Assembly: GCF_023055435.1 (NCBI RefSeq)
Contig: NW_025963957.1
Location: 2,046,001-2,110,000 of the forward strand
Reading direction: 5' to 3'
Source of the DNA: Haliotis rufescens
Taxonomy: Eukaryota
Length of the DNA stretch: 64,000 nucleotides
Shown: piece after piece, positions 11,567 through 24,040 of the stretch
Layout: every line of letters starts with the position of its first letter
How positions within the stretch are numbered: the first letter of the stretch is position 1
Position numbers and translations under genes: made by a program
The notes under the pieces: model-generated
What the model saw: only the letters and a program-made list of their open reading frames with translations
Databases searched by the model: none
What the model was told of the DNA's origin: nothing

Positions 11567-11786
11567 GACGACGACGACGACGACGACTACGACGACTACG
11601 ACTACTAAAGTTTCTACTACAGCTACTACTAATACCAGTATTTTACACTGCCTGCTGCGAACGATGTTTACAATTCAGCTACAAGATAATATTAGATAGA
11701 ACATCTGTTAAAATACTGAGGCCTTAATAAACTGCTTTTCAAGACATTACAATCGTACACAGTTTGCAAAATATTCTACTTACCAT
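8784..11786 (-). CDS. Gene B copy 2: secreted Spaetzle-like cystine-knot protein, 244 aa
   Basis: Exons 11784-11786 (ATG), 10563-10861, 10232-10330, 9590-9739, 8784-8967 (735 nt, phases 0,2,2,2). Protein: MRVLVTLCVLMSLTAVTLA|WNRPP...QPICYFDKNGVPQYEWPTKEKLCFDKSYKYPVDRVFSALEQDPDAMEYMLLVQGCYLHNKMNSTGHYPAYRYKDLCSENTELLERIWWTNTANGRREVCYVIMPEAQGVEVAQCGGHCVMDTTEVKHHYCVPDGMVERDIYVFCPGEIKQCRRTRVTIPTGCSCKKYECLKYQFV*. Candidate - strand AATAAA at 8270-8275. Confidence 0.88.
9073..9336 (-). mobile_element. Family 1 SINE-like insertion in B2 intron 4
   Basis: Absent from B3 intron 4 (~19215); TTCTAAT occurs near both ends. Confidence 0.8.
11080..11141 (+). repeat. (CTA)n microsatellite in B intron 1; further CTA/CGA tracts at 977-1060, 11496-11607, 21096-21180
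   Basis: Direct trinucleotide repeats; source of the poly-Leu ORFs in the track. Confidence 0.95.
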
Positions 11787-11844
11787 ATTTACAAACAAAG
11801 GACCTGTCTATATTAAAATAGTTACTGTAGCTGTGTACAGCGAT

Positions 11845-12100
11845 GGCTGACTTGCTGGGAGCTGAAGCTCGCTTTTATTCCCTCTCGATTCGGAAGGAGG
11901 AGCATATTTCAGCCAATCAGAAGTGGCGTTTTTGATTGAATGCCTTTGACGTCACGCGGCAACACTTCTTCCTGAAAACAATGGCGGCAGTGGATGACGT
12001 ACCTACGTCAAACACTTTGATTGACAACTGTCACGTGACAAGAGGGCAGGGAACGAGTCGAGAGTATATAAGGTGACACTGGCCCAGTCTAAGCCAGCGA
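11845..12100. promoter_or_regulatory. Bidirectional promoter between B2 (-) and A2 (+)
   Basis: TATA-like (-) 11872-11879; CCAAT 11911-11919; TGACGTCA 11947-11954; inverted half-CRE pair TGACGTA-CC-TACGTCA 11995-12010; GTCACGTGAC 12030-12039; TATATAAG 12065-12072. Confidence 0.7.
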
Positions 12101-12142
12101 CTGTGAACACCTCAAGAACTGAGCTTCACACATCATACTACC

Positions 12143-14489
12143 ATGGGAAAGGTATATATCTATATCTGATTTATTTCTTAGTAATGGCTTATACCTTGAA
12201 ACATATTTTAAACTCAACTTATTGCGAGCATCCATCTTTGTGTAAATTTGCTGGCGCCGAATATTGTCAGCTTTACTATATTCTTAATGTGTGAGACTGT
12301 TAAGGTAAAGATATCATTTTATCATTTTAGAAACAAGTGGCGCTATCCCTTTTCACTGTATATATAAATATATAAATATTTGATTATAAGAAGTACTCTT
12401 TGCGTTTCAGTTTATATACAACATCGCGGCGTTAGTCGGCCTCGTCGCCATGGCGACGGCCCTCCCCCCTCTCCCCACTCCCGCCTGCTATTCCCAGCAA
12501 CTTCTGTCGGACCAGAGCTTTGACCTCAGCTTTGTCTGCAACGACGGAAGACAATATCCCGAGTAAGTACATTTAGCTAGTTAGGAAACAATGGACAGGG
12601 CAGGTTGTTTACTGTTTGCTGTACGAATTTAATAAATATATAAAATCAAATTATATTTACGTAAAGTCGAACTGTCTGATATATTCACACATCATTACAC
12701 ATCATGTACCTTTAAGTCGAATCACCGACATGCGTTGATGTTATAAGAGTTTTTGCACCGTTAAGTCGAAATGTCGATATATGTTCAGTTTGTATGACAT
12801 AACATGTACCTTTGAGTCGAATGTACATGTTATAAGAGTTAGTGTACCGTTAAGTCGAACTGTCTGACATTTTCACTTTGGACTATATAACATGTACCTC
12901 TAAGTGGCATTACCGACATGCGTTGATGTACCGTTAAGTCGAACTGTCTGACATTTCACTTTGTCTCCAGACAGGAGATCGAGGAGGCTCTGTACTACGC
13001 CGACGACCACTGGCGTATCTACCTCAACCTGACATCCACCTGCTTCCAGGACCAGGACACCTACTTCATGAACAAACAGTAAGTAGCGCATTACAACGAC
13101 CAGATAACGTTTGAGATAAAAACAAACTACTTATCATGAGCATGTGTTTATGAATCAATATTTTAAAAATGATGGTACGAGATGTTCGCGAAATATTGAG
13201 CTTATCCTGCCCTATCGGTGCCACCCCTCACAAACACATGCAAAGGCAACTCAATTGTTCAAACCTGAGAGCATATGGTACAATATCGTTAATCCGGACA
13301 CGTCGCTTCCAATGAAATCGTCCGGTTAATGTATGTCCGGAATAACGATATATGAGTTGGAAGTAATGTCACTCTGGTTGTAAGAAGTCATTAACAAAAC
13401 TTGAGCCCGGAAAACGGGCTTCCGAAATAACAGGTGTTCACTATCTACTTTCGATGACTACATCTTTTTATCATGTGGCGTGAAATATTGAGCCTATTTA
13501 GAAAGGGAGCACATACAAATATTGTAGAATAATGTTCATTCCTCTATTCAGAGAAATGCTTCATGTAAACAAAATAACGTTACAGTATATCTTTTTATGT
13601 ATATTTGAGGCCATGACTTATATCAGTGAATTGCTGCAATTTGTGAATAATACCACTATTTACATATATTCGTGAAACGTTATTATTGACCTTGACCTTG
13701 CAGCTCTGAGCCCAACTACTACAAGTTGAAGAGCGTGTGCAACACCACTCGTACCATGGTGCACACCATCTATGCCATGGACGGTCAAGTCTGCCACGTT
13801 GTCCGCCCTATGTCCCAGAAAGTCTTCTTCGCCACATGCGGGTAGGTACACGGCTATGTTTTTTAGATCGTTCATATTTGTTACAAAATTCATACACTAA
13901 AGTATACAGACGCTACGACATTAAACAAATAATTGTCGGAGGAGTTTATATATTTTTAACTTTCCAAGGGAACTCAAAGGTAACAAAAAAACCTGCCTTT
14001 ATTGTGCCCATGCATTATTTATATATAAATAAAATACTAATGTCAGAGGTTATTAACACGGCAATAATAACAAGCTACATGTCGTCACTTTAAGACTTCT
14101 AAAAAATATTTTTTAACCTCTCCGCTACTACTTGCATTACTAAATATGTCCTATTTGTTTTTTACAGAGGAGAATGTAACCTTGGTTACGACGGCGTGAC
14201 CGGCTACCACTGCATTCAACGCGGCATCACCTACCGCAACTTCCTCGGTTACTGCCATCTCCCCGACCCCGCAACCTTCCCAGAATCTTCCCCCATCTAC
14301 GCTCTTGACCCCTCCGTCGACAACTTCTACGACCCCCGTGTTGCCCCACCCACCCACCGCATGCAGCACAACCTCCTCAAGAGCGGGGGCCACTACAAAC
14401 CAAAGGGCTACTTCACGGAGTTGAGCGTTACCCTCCCCAGCTACTGCGGCTGCAGGGGATATTTCTGCCCCCACGACAGGATTCTTTAG
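12143..14489 (+). CDS. Gene A copy 2: secreted Spaetzle-like cystine-knot protein, 242 aa
   Basis: Exons 12143-12151, 12411-12562, 12971-13078, 13704-13841, 14168-14489; intact frame. Visible differences from A1: MTTA/MATA, VFYAT/VFFAT, CRLPDS/CHLPDP. AATAAA 14915-14920. Confidence 0.88.
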
Positions 14490-17400
14490 ATGATGACTAC
14501 GTTCATTTGGGGCCTAATACAATATGAACAGGGACCAATCCAAAACATTTTTTTCTACAAGCATTTCATTTAAGTAAGTTAAGACCATTATGAAAAGAAC
14601 CAAAACGCCTTTTGAATTTTAAAACTCTTTCAAGTAAAGCGGAATTGCAGGAGTCCTTTGCATACAGGTGATCCTTTTTCAAATCATGCTTCTGTCATTC
14701 TAATATTCATATTTTCCGCACTTTTATACCACAATGTAATCTCGGTCTGAAGTTAGCAAATATGTTAATTGTAAATATTTTGCGAATTCCATGTAAATAT
14801 TTACAATAGGATGTTGTGAATATGTATTTATATATTCCATCTTTGTACAGTATAAACTGACATCATCATTGCTTGTGCGCGCATGTATAATATGTACAGA
14901 TATTAATATGTGAAAATAAAAGCAACATGAAAATATGAATTGTTTCTGTTTTGATGATTATTGCTTATTTAGGCCAATGGAAACAGCGCTATTATAGATG
15001 GTGACTCGCATTGTTCATATGCAAATCCACAACTGAAATACACCAATGATCAATCAAACCTGTGGTCGACAGTGTGAAAACCTCTTCACATCGCTTGTCT
15101 ACAAGGTCATGACTAAACCAAGACCATCCCTTGCTGAACACCGTGTCCATCCAGTTCACACTTTACTGAGTGAACGCCGCTTTGAACATTATTTCAGTCA
15201 TAAGACAACGCAACAGCTTGATATTGCAGCCCCAAAGTAGCAGGTAAATGACTTTTACCACTTTAAGGAAACCATCGTCGAACCAACGACCAGTGGCAAC
15301 AAAGTGGCGAAACCGATCGAAGTGGGATTGGAACAGGATATTTCCATGTACATATATACACTTTGGCAATACAAGGGATAATACCACTGTTTTAATATTT
15401 GTTACAAGAGCTTCTGGCAAAGTCTTCAAAGAGGACAGTACGGCGGTGATCAAAACGTCATGAATGTCATTCGTGTCGAGAATGTGCCGGTAAATGCTTC
15501 TATAAAAATACAGCCATTTGTAATAAATATATTTTGATTGAGACGACTATAATGTCTCATCTTGACGGAAGTAAAGGCATCACCTCAAAACAGCTCATAT
15601 ATTATGTGATCTAAAACGGTAACCTATAGTTTGGGGGACATTTTGTACGGATTAGAGAGACACACACAATGATCCAAAACAAACCGAAATATCTGCCCCA
15701 GGTGATAAACTCTCACATTGACTGATATGAATACCGTCATCAATTATAACACATAGAAAATGATAACTTTCTGACATGTTTGACATTTTAAGGTTGTTTG
15801 ATTAATCAGATGTATATATTACATCGTTGTCACGTTTTCAGGATCCACAGCCAGTGCCCCACATTGGATGTCGTCATATATGGAGCGGTACAGTACACAA
15901 AGGTAGGGAACAATGAATCGCAGGGAACAATAGATGCCAAACGTGTCAGATGAGAACTGGTAGGCAAAAAACAATCTGAAATAGTATTTGATGTATAATT
16001 ATTGGCACACTCACACTTCGTTCAAGATGAAAACACTTTTCTTTTTGTTTGGGGAGGCAATGTATTCAATGGTCATTGCTCGAAGATGTTCTGAAATTGT
16101 CATTGATGATGGCTATGTTTTAGCTGTGTGGGATATTTTGTGGCGGAAACTAACGAAGATATTGTTATTGAATGTTCAATGTTCAATGTGATTTTGCCAA
16201 TGATGATGAGTATTATTCACAGTTATATTACCATTGTTGAAGTCCATTGTTGGAGGTGTCCTGATACTATCTGCGATGATGGGTCTGTTTAAACTGTGTC
16301 GTGTATTTTGGGGCGGAACTAACAATGCTCGACACGATGCCCATCGCCTGCTGCTCATGTTCAATGTTACTAATAGCAAAAATGTGACATTGAGACATTG
16401 TCTTCGTGTAATTAGAGTAAGAACGTTTAACTGGACTGAACATTTCCAGATGGGTATTGCTAGAATGCCGTTTCGCCCAGGCATATACTCCAGGTTACGT
16501 TGAAAGCACTATCGATATATCGCTATACACTGTGATATCCTAGTATAAGATATGACAATCAAGCATATTTACACACACATTCGTGTGCTTTGAAATGAAC
16601 TGTGTCATTCTATGTTCTCCAATGTCAACTGATTCACGATGTTTACATCATATTACAAGACACTTTGAAATGTTGAACGTTTTGGATTTTTGGGACTTAA
16701 AGTGTGTGTTTCGGTACAAGGTTGTAAGGTGTATTATGTACAATATCGATGTTATTGGAGAACGGGGGCATGGGTGGCCCAGTCGTCTAAGGCGATTCGC
16801 TGTGCAGAGTTGCGTCCCTTAGGCACGCCAGAAACCTATGATTGTGGGTTCGACTCCCGTTCGGCCCGATTATGATTCTAGGTTTGTCAGCACCATACCG
16901 GTGCTCGTTGGTTTCACCGAAGTGGTAAACGTCTGAGACCTGCATCACTTCGGGCTTTCCTCCCACATTAAGCTGACACGCTATGATATAACTGTAATAC
17001 TGTTAAAAGCGGTGTTAAACCAGACTTACTCACTCACCATTGGAGAACGACAACCTTATACACACAGGCTACCAGGGATTACCTCTTTGTGTCATCGAAT
17101 AACCATAGTATTGTCCAGGTATTATGTCAGGATCATTCTTTAACTGTGTGTTTTCAGTCAATTAAATCAAAACGAGTGAATGGCGTTAACACCACTGCGT
17201 GAAGATCAGGGTTAGACTTGGTCTTCAGGGGCCCATGCTTGTCGTAAGAGTAACAGGATCAGATCGGGCTAGTTGACTTGATTGATGCATGTCATTTATC
17301 CCATTTGCGTTAATCGATGTTCATGATCTATACTCGATTATCTAAAGACCGTATTGCGTAACAACACATGGACAAACAAACAGTTTTGGAGGAGAGCCCA

Positions 17401-18932
17401 AGTGACGCAGGTCTGGACGTGAACCATCATGAGCATGATGATGACAGTACTAGCAGGTGCCACAAGTAGGGGTTGATTTGGCTAATTGTACATCTACCAA
17501 GAGTTGACAAATTGACTCTATTAGAGTCTCAAATAGGCTGGCTTCAAGGGTATATGTTAACATCCAAATGCTAGATACGCTACGCGGGTGGTCAATCCGA
17601 TGACCAACTGCTGTTGGCCGTGATCAGCTGATGATGGAGCAATGCACCTACGTTACTAACGCCTTGCAAACTTGCAAACAGAGATGTCATTGGCACCAGC
17701 AGCTCTCACTGATAAAGAGATATAGCACAAGAAGCAGAAGAATGTTGTGTTGTTTTTAGCTGGTAAAACCATGAAGTTATCATGTGAGGTGATATAAGTG
17801 AGTGAGTGAGTGAGTTGGGGTTAACGCCGCTTTTAACAGTATTCCAGTTATATCGCGGCGTGTCAGTATGTAATGTGGGAAGAAAGCCCAAAGTGATGCA
17901 GGTCTCAGACGTTTACAACTTCGGTGAAACCCACGAGCACGGGTATGGTGCTGACAAACCTAGAAACATAATTGGGGCGAACCGGGATTCGAACCCACAA
18001 TCATAGGTTTCTGGCGTGCCCAAGGGACGCAACTCTGCACAGCGAATCGCGGCGCCTTAGACGACTGGGCCACCCGTTGAGGTGATATAAGGTAGAATTG
18101 AGTTAAACTTTGCATTCAAGATTATTGCAATNNNNNNNNNNNNNNNNNNNNNNNNNNNNNNNNNNNNNNNNNNNNNNNNNNNNNNNNNNNNNNNNNNNNN
18201 NNNNNNNNNNNNNNNNNNNNNNNNNNNNNNNNNNNNNNNNNNNNNNNNNNNNNNNNNNNNNNNNNNNNNNNNNNNNNNNNNNTTGTACTGGTATTTGTTT
18301 GTTCCCCGTTCGCTATCATGAGTCGTGTTTTTCGCAAGTAATGATCCAACAAACTCGCGTCAGGGTGACATCGAAGGTGAAAGGCAAACAACAAGTGTTA
18401 TTTCAGTTTGTTTTATTATGCAGAAATCATTCTTTGGAAAATCATAGCAGAAAGCATACACGTATTATTCAGTGAGATTTTGTTTTTCACTGTGTTGGCA
18501 CCAGAACATGGTAACAGGTATCTCGCGAACTCCACAATTAAATGTACACGTGATATACACTATAAACAAACTATTTACATGTGCGCGCATGATATATTTA
18601 CAAATGATAATAGAAAATGGTAAAACAGATATTCTCTCACATTCTTCACAATCATAATCATTAAAAGTATTTTTGCAAGGTCGAAATATGCGTTTCATAA
18701 AAAAAAGTTATTTTCGAAGGTCAGAATAATTGCACTTGTTATATGCAAAAAAAACAGTCACAAATTAATTGATACAAATAAAAGAAACCAAATCGACAGG
18801 ACATTTTCCGGCCTGTTCAACTATGTTCGAAACATTTACGTATGCGTAAATGTTTGTATTTGGCATGGCGTTGAGTCCCACTATTACACATGCGTAAAAG
18901 TACGACTTCGCAGAAGGAGTGTAAACCATGGT

Positions 18933-21093
18933 TTACACAAACTGATACTTGAGACATTCGTATTTCTTACAGCTGCATCCGGTGGGGATGGTGACGCGAG
19001 TTCTGCGGCACTGCTTGATCTCGCCGGGACAGAAGACGTAGATATCACGTTCAACCATGCCGTCGGGGACGCAGTAGTGGTGTTTCACCTCCGTGGTGTC
19101 CATGACGCAGTGACCTCTGGAGAAAAGAAAAGGGATAAAAAAAAATATGAAAAATAATACTTTCAACGGAGAACTTTGCTTGTCTCAAACAGCTCCAATA
19201 ACAAGCCTCAAATAAATTCTAATACCGCCGCAAAAACTATGAAGGCCATTTTGACATTCTGAATAGTGCGTTATAGAATCAAACCCAAACAATGTAACGA
19301 TGTATATTGCCTATATTGTTTTTTTATTATTCCCTAAATATAAATAAGAAAATAAGAACTGTGTTTATTGAACTTTTGTTTTAAATATTCTAAAAAAATC
19401 CCGACCACTCTAAATCACAAATACTGGTATATGAAAGCTGGACATGTTTGGTCAAGCTAATTGTGTGACGTACCCGCATTGAGCGACTTCAACTCCCTGG
19501 GCTTCAGGCATGATGACGTAGCAGACCTCTCGGCGCCCGTTCTTGGTGTTGGTCCACCAGATTCTCTCCAGGAGCTCGGTGTTCTCGGAACACAGATCCT
19601 TGTATCGGTAGGCGGGGTAGTGGCTGGAATATACCACAAGCATGGTTCAAACAGCTGCAGCATTATCATGATAGTATTGCGTTCTCGAATAAATAGCTGT
19701 GTGGCTGGAGTTTGACGACGTGCTTCGGCAAAAGTCGACCCATATCACGGCGGTTTCTCGGAGTCCGCGGATGTTTAATCACTGCGCCACTCTATCGCCC
19801 TTTATACAAATGAATCAGATGGAACATGACAGATGACATCACAAATTCTGATTTCTCACCATTCAAAGTGATAATCATACGTCATGCCACAGTGAAGAAG
19901 GCAAGAGACTTTATAACGAAGGTACTTTAGATGGATTTATGTAACAATGACCACCTTTGGTGAGTGATTGTGTGAGTTTAACGCCGCTTTGAACAGTATT
20001 TCAGATATAGTGCGAGGGGACAGCTTAATATGGGAGGGTGGCTCGAAGTGACGATGAAAGCCCCGATCACGGGTGATAACTAGTAGCTAGGGTGTATCAT
20101 CTGTACCTACCCGGTGGAGTTCATCTTGTTGTGGAGGTAGCATCCCTGCACCAGCAGCATGTACTCCATTGCGTCGGGGTCCTGTTCCAGGGCGCTGAAC
20201 ACACGGTCACTGGAACAACCACGTTAACATTACTGTCAGCCTTCTCATACACTATGGTGTACAGACAACAGTAGAACTTACAGTGTGAACACACGGTCAC
20301 TGGAACAACCAATAAAGCTCTTTGCAATTTCACCACATGGCATCTTAAACACGGGGGACCTAATGGACCCTTACAGATGTGACAAGCGATGGCATTTAAA
20401 ACTTGGCTATGCTGTGTGATCGCCTGAACTAACTTTAGAGCATAAATGAAAATACTAAAGCATATTTTGGAAATAAGTATGACGAAAATTTGCCAAAACG
20501 ACCAGAGCGTGTCTTTGAAAAGATTACATACACAGGGTATTTGTAGGACTTGTCGAAGCACAGCTTTTCCTTAGTTGGCCATTCGTACTGGGGGACGCCA
20601 TTCTTGTCAAAGTAGCAGATTGGCTGTTTGGTCTTGGCGGAGAGGGCGCTGAAAATGCTGGAACCGTCACGGACGCGGGCACCAAACAAGGAAGATTTTC
20701 TGGATTTCAGGAGGCTAGCGAATCGGCTGGAGGTTGAGCCTCCCAGAGAACGCCCTCCGACAGGCGGTCGATTCCACGCCAAGGTGACGGCGGTGAGGGA
20801 CACGAGAACGCATAATGTCACAAGAACTCTCTGGAAGAAATGAGAGAAAAGGATTTTCATGAAATTGGTAAAACTGTATGTTAATTCTTATTTTTGTTTT
20901 ATTTTAGGATTTGGAATATGTCAAAACTATTGCCGCTACTGCTGTTGACACACAACTGCTTCTACTACTACTGCTACTTCTACCACTTCAACCAATATTT
21001 TTTCATAACTGTAAAATAATGTTAAATATAAACTCATTTAAATACTCAGCAAAAAACTGCCTTTAAAGACATCAGCATCGTACATACTTACAT

Positions 21094-21138
<45 letters not shown>

Positions 21139-21361
21139 GACGACGACGACGACGACGACGACTACGACGACTACGACTACTAAAGTTTCTACTACAGCTA
21201 CTACTAATACCAATATTTTACACTGCCTGCTGCGAACGATGTTTACAATTCAGCTACAAGATAATATTAGATAGAATATCTGTTAAAATACTGAGATCTT
21301 AATAAACTGCTTTGCAAGACATTACAATCGTACACAGTTTACAAAATATTCTACTTACCAT
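18933..21361 (-). CDS. Gene B copy 3: secreted Spaetzle-like cystine-knot protein, 244 aa (250 aa if the candidate micro-exon is included)
   Basis: Exons 21359-21361, 20532-20830, 20111-20209, 19474-19623, 18933-19116; intact frame. Differences from B2 include VLMSL/VLVSL and TNTANG/TNTKNG. Confidence 0.88.
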
Positions 21362-21419
21362 ATTTACAAACAAAGGACCTGTCTATATTAAAATAGTTAC
21401 TGTAGCTGTGTACAGCGAT

Positions 21420-21547
21420 GGCTGACTTGCTGGGAGCTGAAGCTCGCTTTTATTCCCTCTCACCTCGGAAGGAGGAGCATATTTCAGCCAATCAGAAGTG
21501 ACGTTTTGCTTGAGTGCCTCTGACGTCACACGGCTACACTTCTTCCT
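21420..21547 (-). promoter_or_regulatory. B3 promoter (B-proximal half of the bidirectional promoter only)
   Basis: TATA-like 21447-21454, CCAAT 21486-21494, extra TGACG 21499-21503, TGACGTCA 21521-21528. Similarity to the other units stops at ~21547; no E-box, A-side TATA or gene A follows. Confidence 0.6.
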
Positions 21548-21993
21548 TTGCATTACCTCATTGCTTGACAGTTACCCTGTTAATCAATCAAACTCGGTGA
21601 AATTTACAATTATATTTGACGCAAGCGATTAACAATAAGCAAGAACATTGTCCTTCGGACAAAGTCGGCAGAAGACAAATGTCATTCAATGCTAATTCCG
21701 TTAATCTTGTCGAGGGTTTCTGAGGTCGTCATAGGTATGACGCTGATGTGTACAAATACGCGTTTCAATTTAAATATGTCCTATCCAAACACTAGATATA
21801 TTTGAATTTGTTTATTATTTGAAACATAAGTATTACAAATTTTAAAAAACAACAACTCCTCTTTGCTTCATATGTACGACTTGGTCTCTTTCAATGATAA
21901 ACTGTGACATTTTCTTTACATGTGCTACATGGGCAGCATGTGTATAAAGAGTTTGTTTGTATGTACTCACTATATTTCATGTCATAAACACCA

Positions 21994-22353
21994 GACCGCC
22001 TCCGTGGTCTAGTGGTAGAGCGTCCACCCGGAGAGCGGAAGGTCCGGGGTTCGATCCCCGACCGCGTCATACCAAAAGACGTTAAAAGATAGTACTTGTT
22101 GTTACCCTGTCTGGCGCTCGGCATTAAGGGGCTAAAACAAGGACTGGTCGGCTCGAGTCAGTATACTGTGTCTGAGTGGGGTATTCATGTTAAAACTGCG
22201 GCATGGTATCACAGTGAGCTAGCACTATAAATCGGCTTCAGTCCGGACTAGTACAAGCAGCCACACACAAACACACACACGTACATGCACGTCGCTATAT
22301 AAGTGCAATAACCTTGGACGCGACGTTAAAACCTCATTTCACCTCACCTCACC
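21994..22353 (+). mobile_element. Full-length tRNA-derived SINE, family 2 (Meta/MESC-like core)
   Basis: A box GTGGTCTAGTGG, B box GGTTCGATCCC, core GTCATACCAAAAGAC...CCCTGTCTGGCGCTCGGCATTAAGGG, (CACCT)n tail, 12-bp TSD TCATAAACACCA (21982-21993 / 22354-22365). Confidence 0.9.
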
Positions 22354-22472
22354 TCATAAACACCATAAGTAGGTAATAATTTTCAAATCAGATTAATTCA
22401 GATATTGTTGCAAGTGCTGAAACAACACATATACATATTGTGTAAATCAAAGAACAAACTCATAATAATGTA

Positions 22473-22647
22473 CAATAAACTACGTTTATAACGAACACGC
22501 TTATAACGAACTGACGGATATAACGAACTTATTTTTTAGTCCCGGCCATTTGTTGTATATATGCTGTATGTATGATTATAACGAACTACGGTTATTACGA
22601 ACTAAAATTAGTGGTCCCCTTGAGTTCGTTATAACCGTAGTTTACTG
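22473..22647. mobile_element. MITE of Tc1/mariner-pogo type
   Basis: ~24-bp TIRs (CA(A/G)TAAACTACG(T/G)TTATAACGAAC), TA on both sides, internal repeats of TATAACGAAC. Confidence 0.8.
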
Positions 22648-23867
22648 TAACAATATTCGCTCCCTTTACGTTTAACAAAAACTAACATCGACATATTTGT
22701 ATGCATTACTATGTTTTGATAGTCGCTTAAAGGACCAACAATTAAATATGCATGTCCATTGAACTTTGTTTTGGTCAAGGCTGAAGACAAATTATGTTTT
22801 CTCAGCATTTTGGGAACAGATTTGTTTTCCATCCCCATCTCCGCCACCATCCCATATTTTCAAATATCAGGCTTCTGAGACTTTCTATCCGGGTGTACTG
22901 GTCACTTCCTGGACAAGACGTACAGGTCACATACGTCAAACTGACCACTGACGACATAGGTCATGACAATGTCTGACTGGTCAGAAACGACGGTCAGGGT
23001 AGATGCATTATGCATCCATTACGGTTGACAACTGACAAAGTGGTTTAGTTCTGACAGGTCACTTATTGTAACACGAGTCAGGCATTCTGATGAATGACAA
23101 TCGCCATCCCCTAGTATCATCACTGTTCGATGTGATACCGTCGGAGTCACACACTCGACTCTGCTTTTGACACTGATTTCTTATGAATATGGAAAGGGTT
23201 GTGTCGCTTTAATTTATATATGCATTATATAATAATTTTGTTTTCTTTTATTAATTTATCCATTAATTAAACTTTCGCTGGTTTTTGTTGTGAGTATTTT
23301 GAGGTTCTTGAAAGAAAACATCTCTTCCAGCAATAGTATTACTCATTTATGAATAGTGACAAAGAGGTATTGTTCGTAATAATTCTTTTACTTGTACATA
23401 AATCAACACTTTACATTATTTTATTAGTTTGCTTGGTTGTTTTTTAAAAAAAGTATTTTGAGAAAATTATAATTTTACTTTGAATAACAGTTGTTCTCAT
23501 TTATGCACATACACAAATTATTTGCGAGACTGTTGTTGTATTCATTTGGTCATTAAGTACGTTGTACCCGCTTCATACAACACGTATAGGTTGGTGGGGA
23601 CTAGTTATAACAAGGGAGATACTTGTTATAAAACAAAACCTTAAATAATAGTCATACTGATTCATATCAACAACAGTCTGCAACAGAGGCTGTACCTTCC
23701 GTAATAACTCTTTCAAGAGGACATACCAACTTATCATAGAAGTGCATATGTACATGTACATGTGGTTGTTTGTTTTATACACTTGGGCATAATTTCATTT
23801 TTTCCCATTTTTCATTCACGTCTTTTATTGCAAATTAAGTGAGTGGCGGGTGCTACCGGCAGAGAGA

Positions 23868-24040
23868 GTGAGTGAGTGAGTGAGTGAGTGAGTGAGTGAG
23901 TGAGTGAGTGAGTGAGTGAGGTTTTACGCCGCGTTTAGTAATATTCCAGCGACAAACGACAGGGGACACCAGAAATGGGCTTCACACATGTACTCATATA
24001 GGGAAACGAATCCAGGTCCCTCGGGTCGACGAGTTACCGG
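23868..24040 (-). mobile_element. Degenerate family 3 SINE with expanded (GAGT)n tail
   Basis: Similar to 52785-52950; (GAGT)n at 23868-23920. Confidence 0.7.

Larger units (their letters stand above)
1..21547. repeat. Tandem segmental duplication, ~10 kb unit (two full units plus ~1.5 kb)
   Basis: Anchor CGAGGGGACAGCTTAATATGG recurs at 1, 10134 and 20013. Genes, introns and intergenic DNA are collinear between units apart from SINE and microsatellite indels. Confidence 0.92.

Noticed and set aside
21994-22070. tRNA genes at SINE heads (also 47775, 52880-52950, 62428, 6593)
   Set aside because: A and B boxes are present but the sequence continues into SINE core and tail with TSDs; no complete acceptor stem or terminator.
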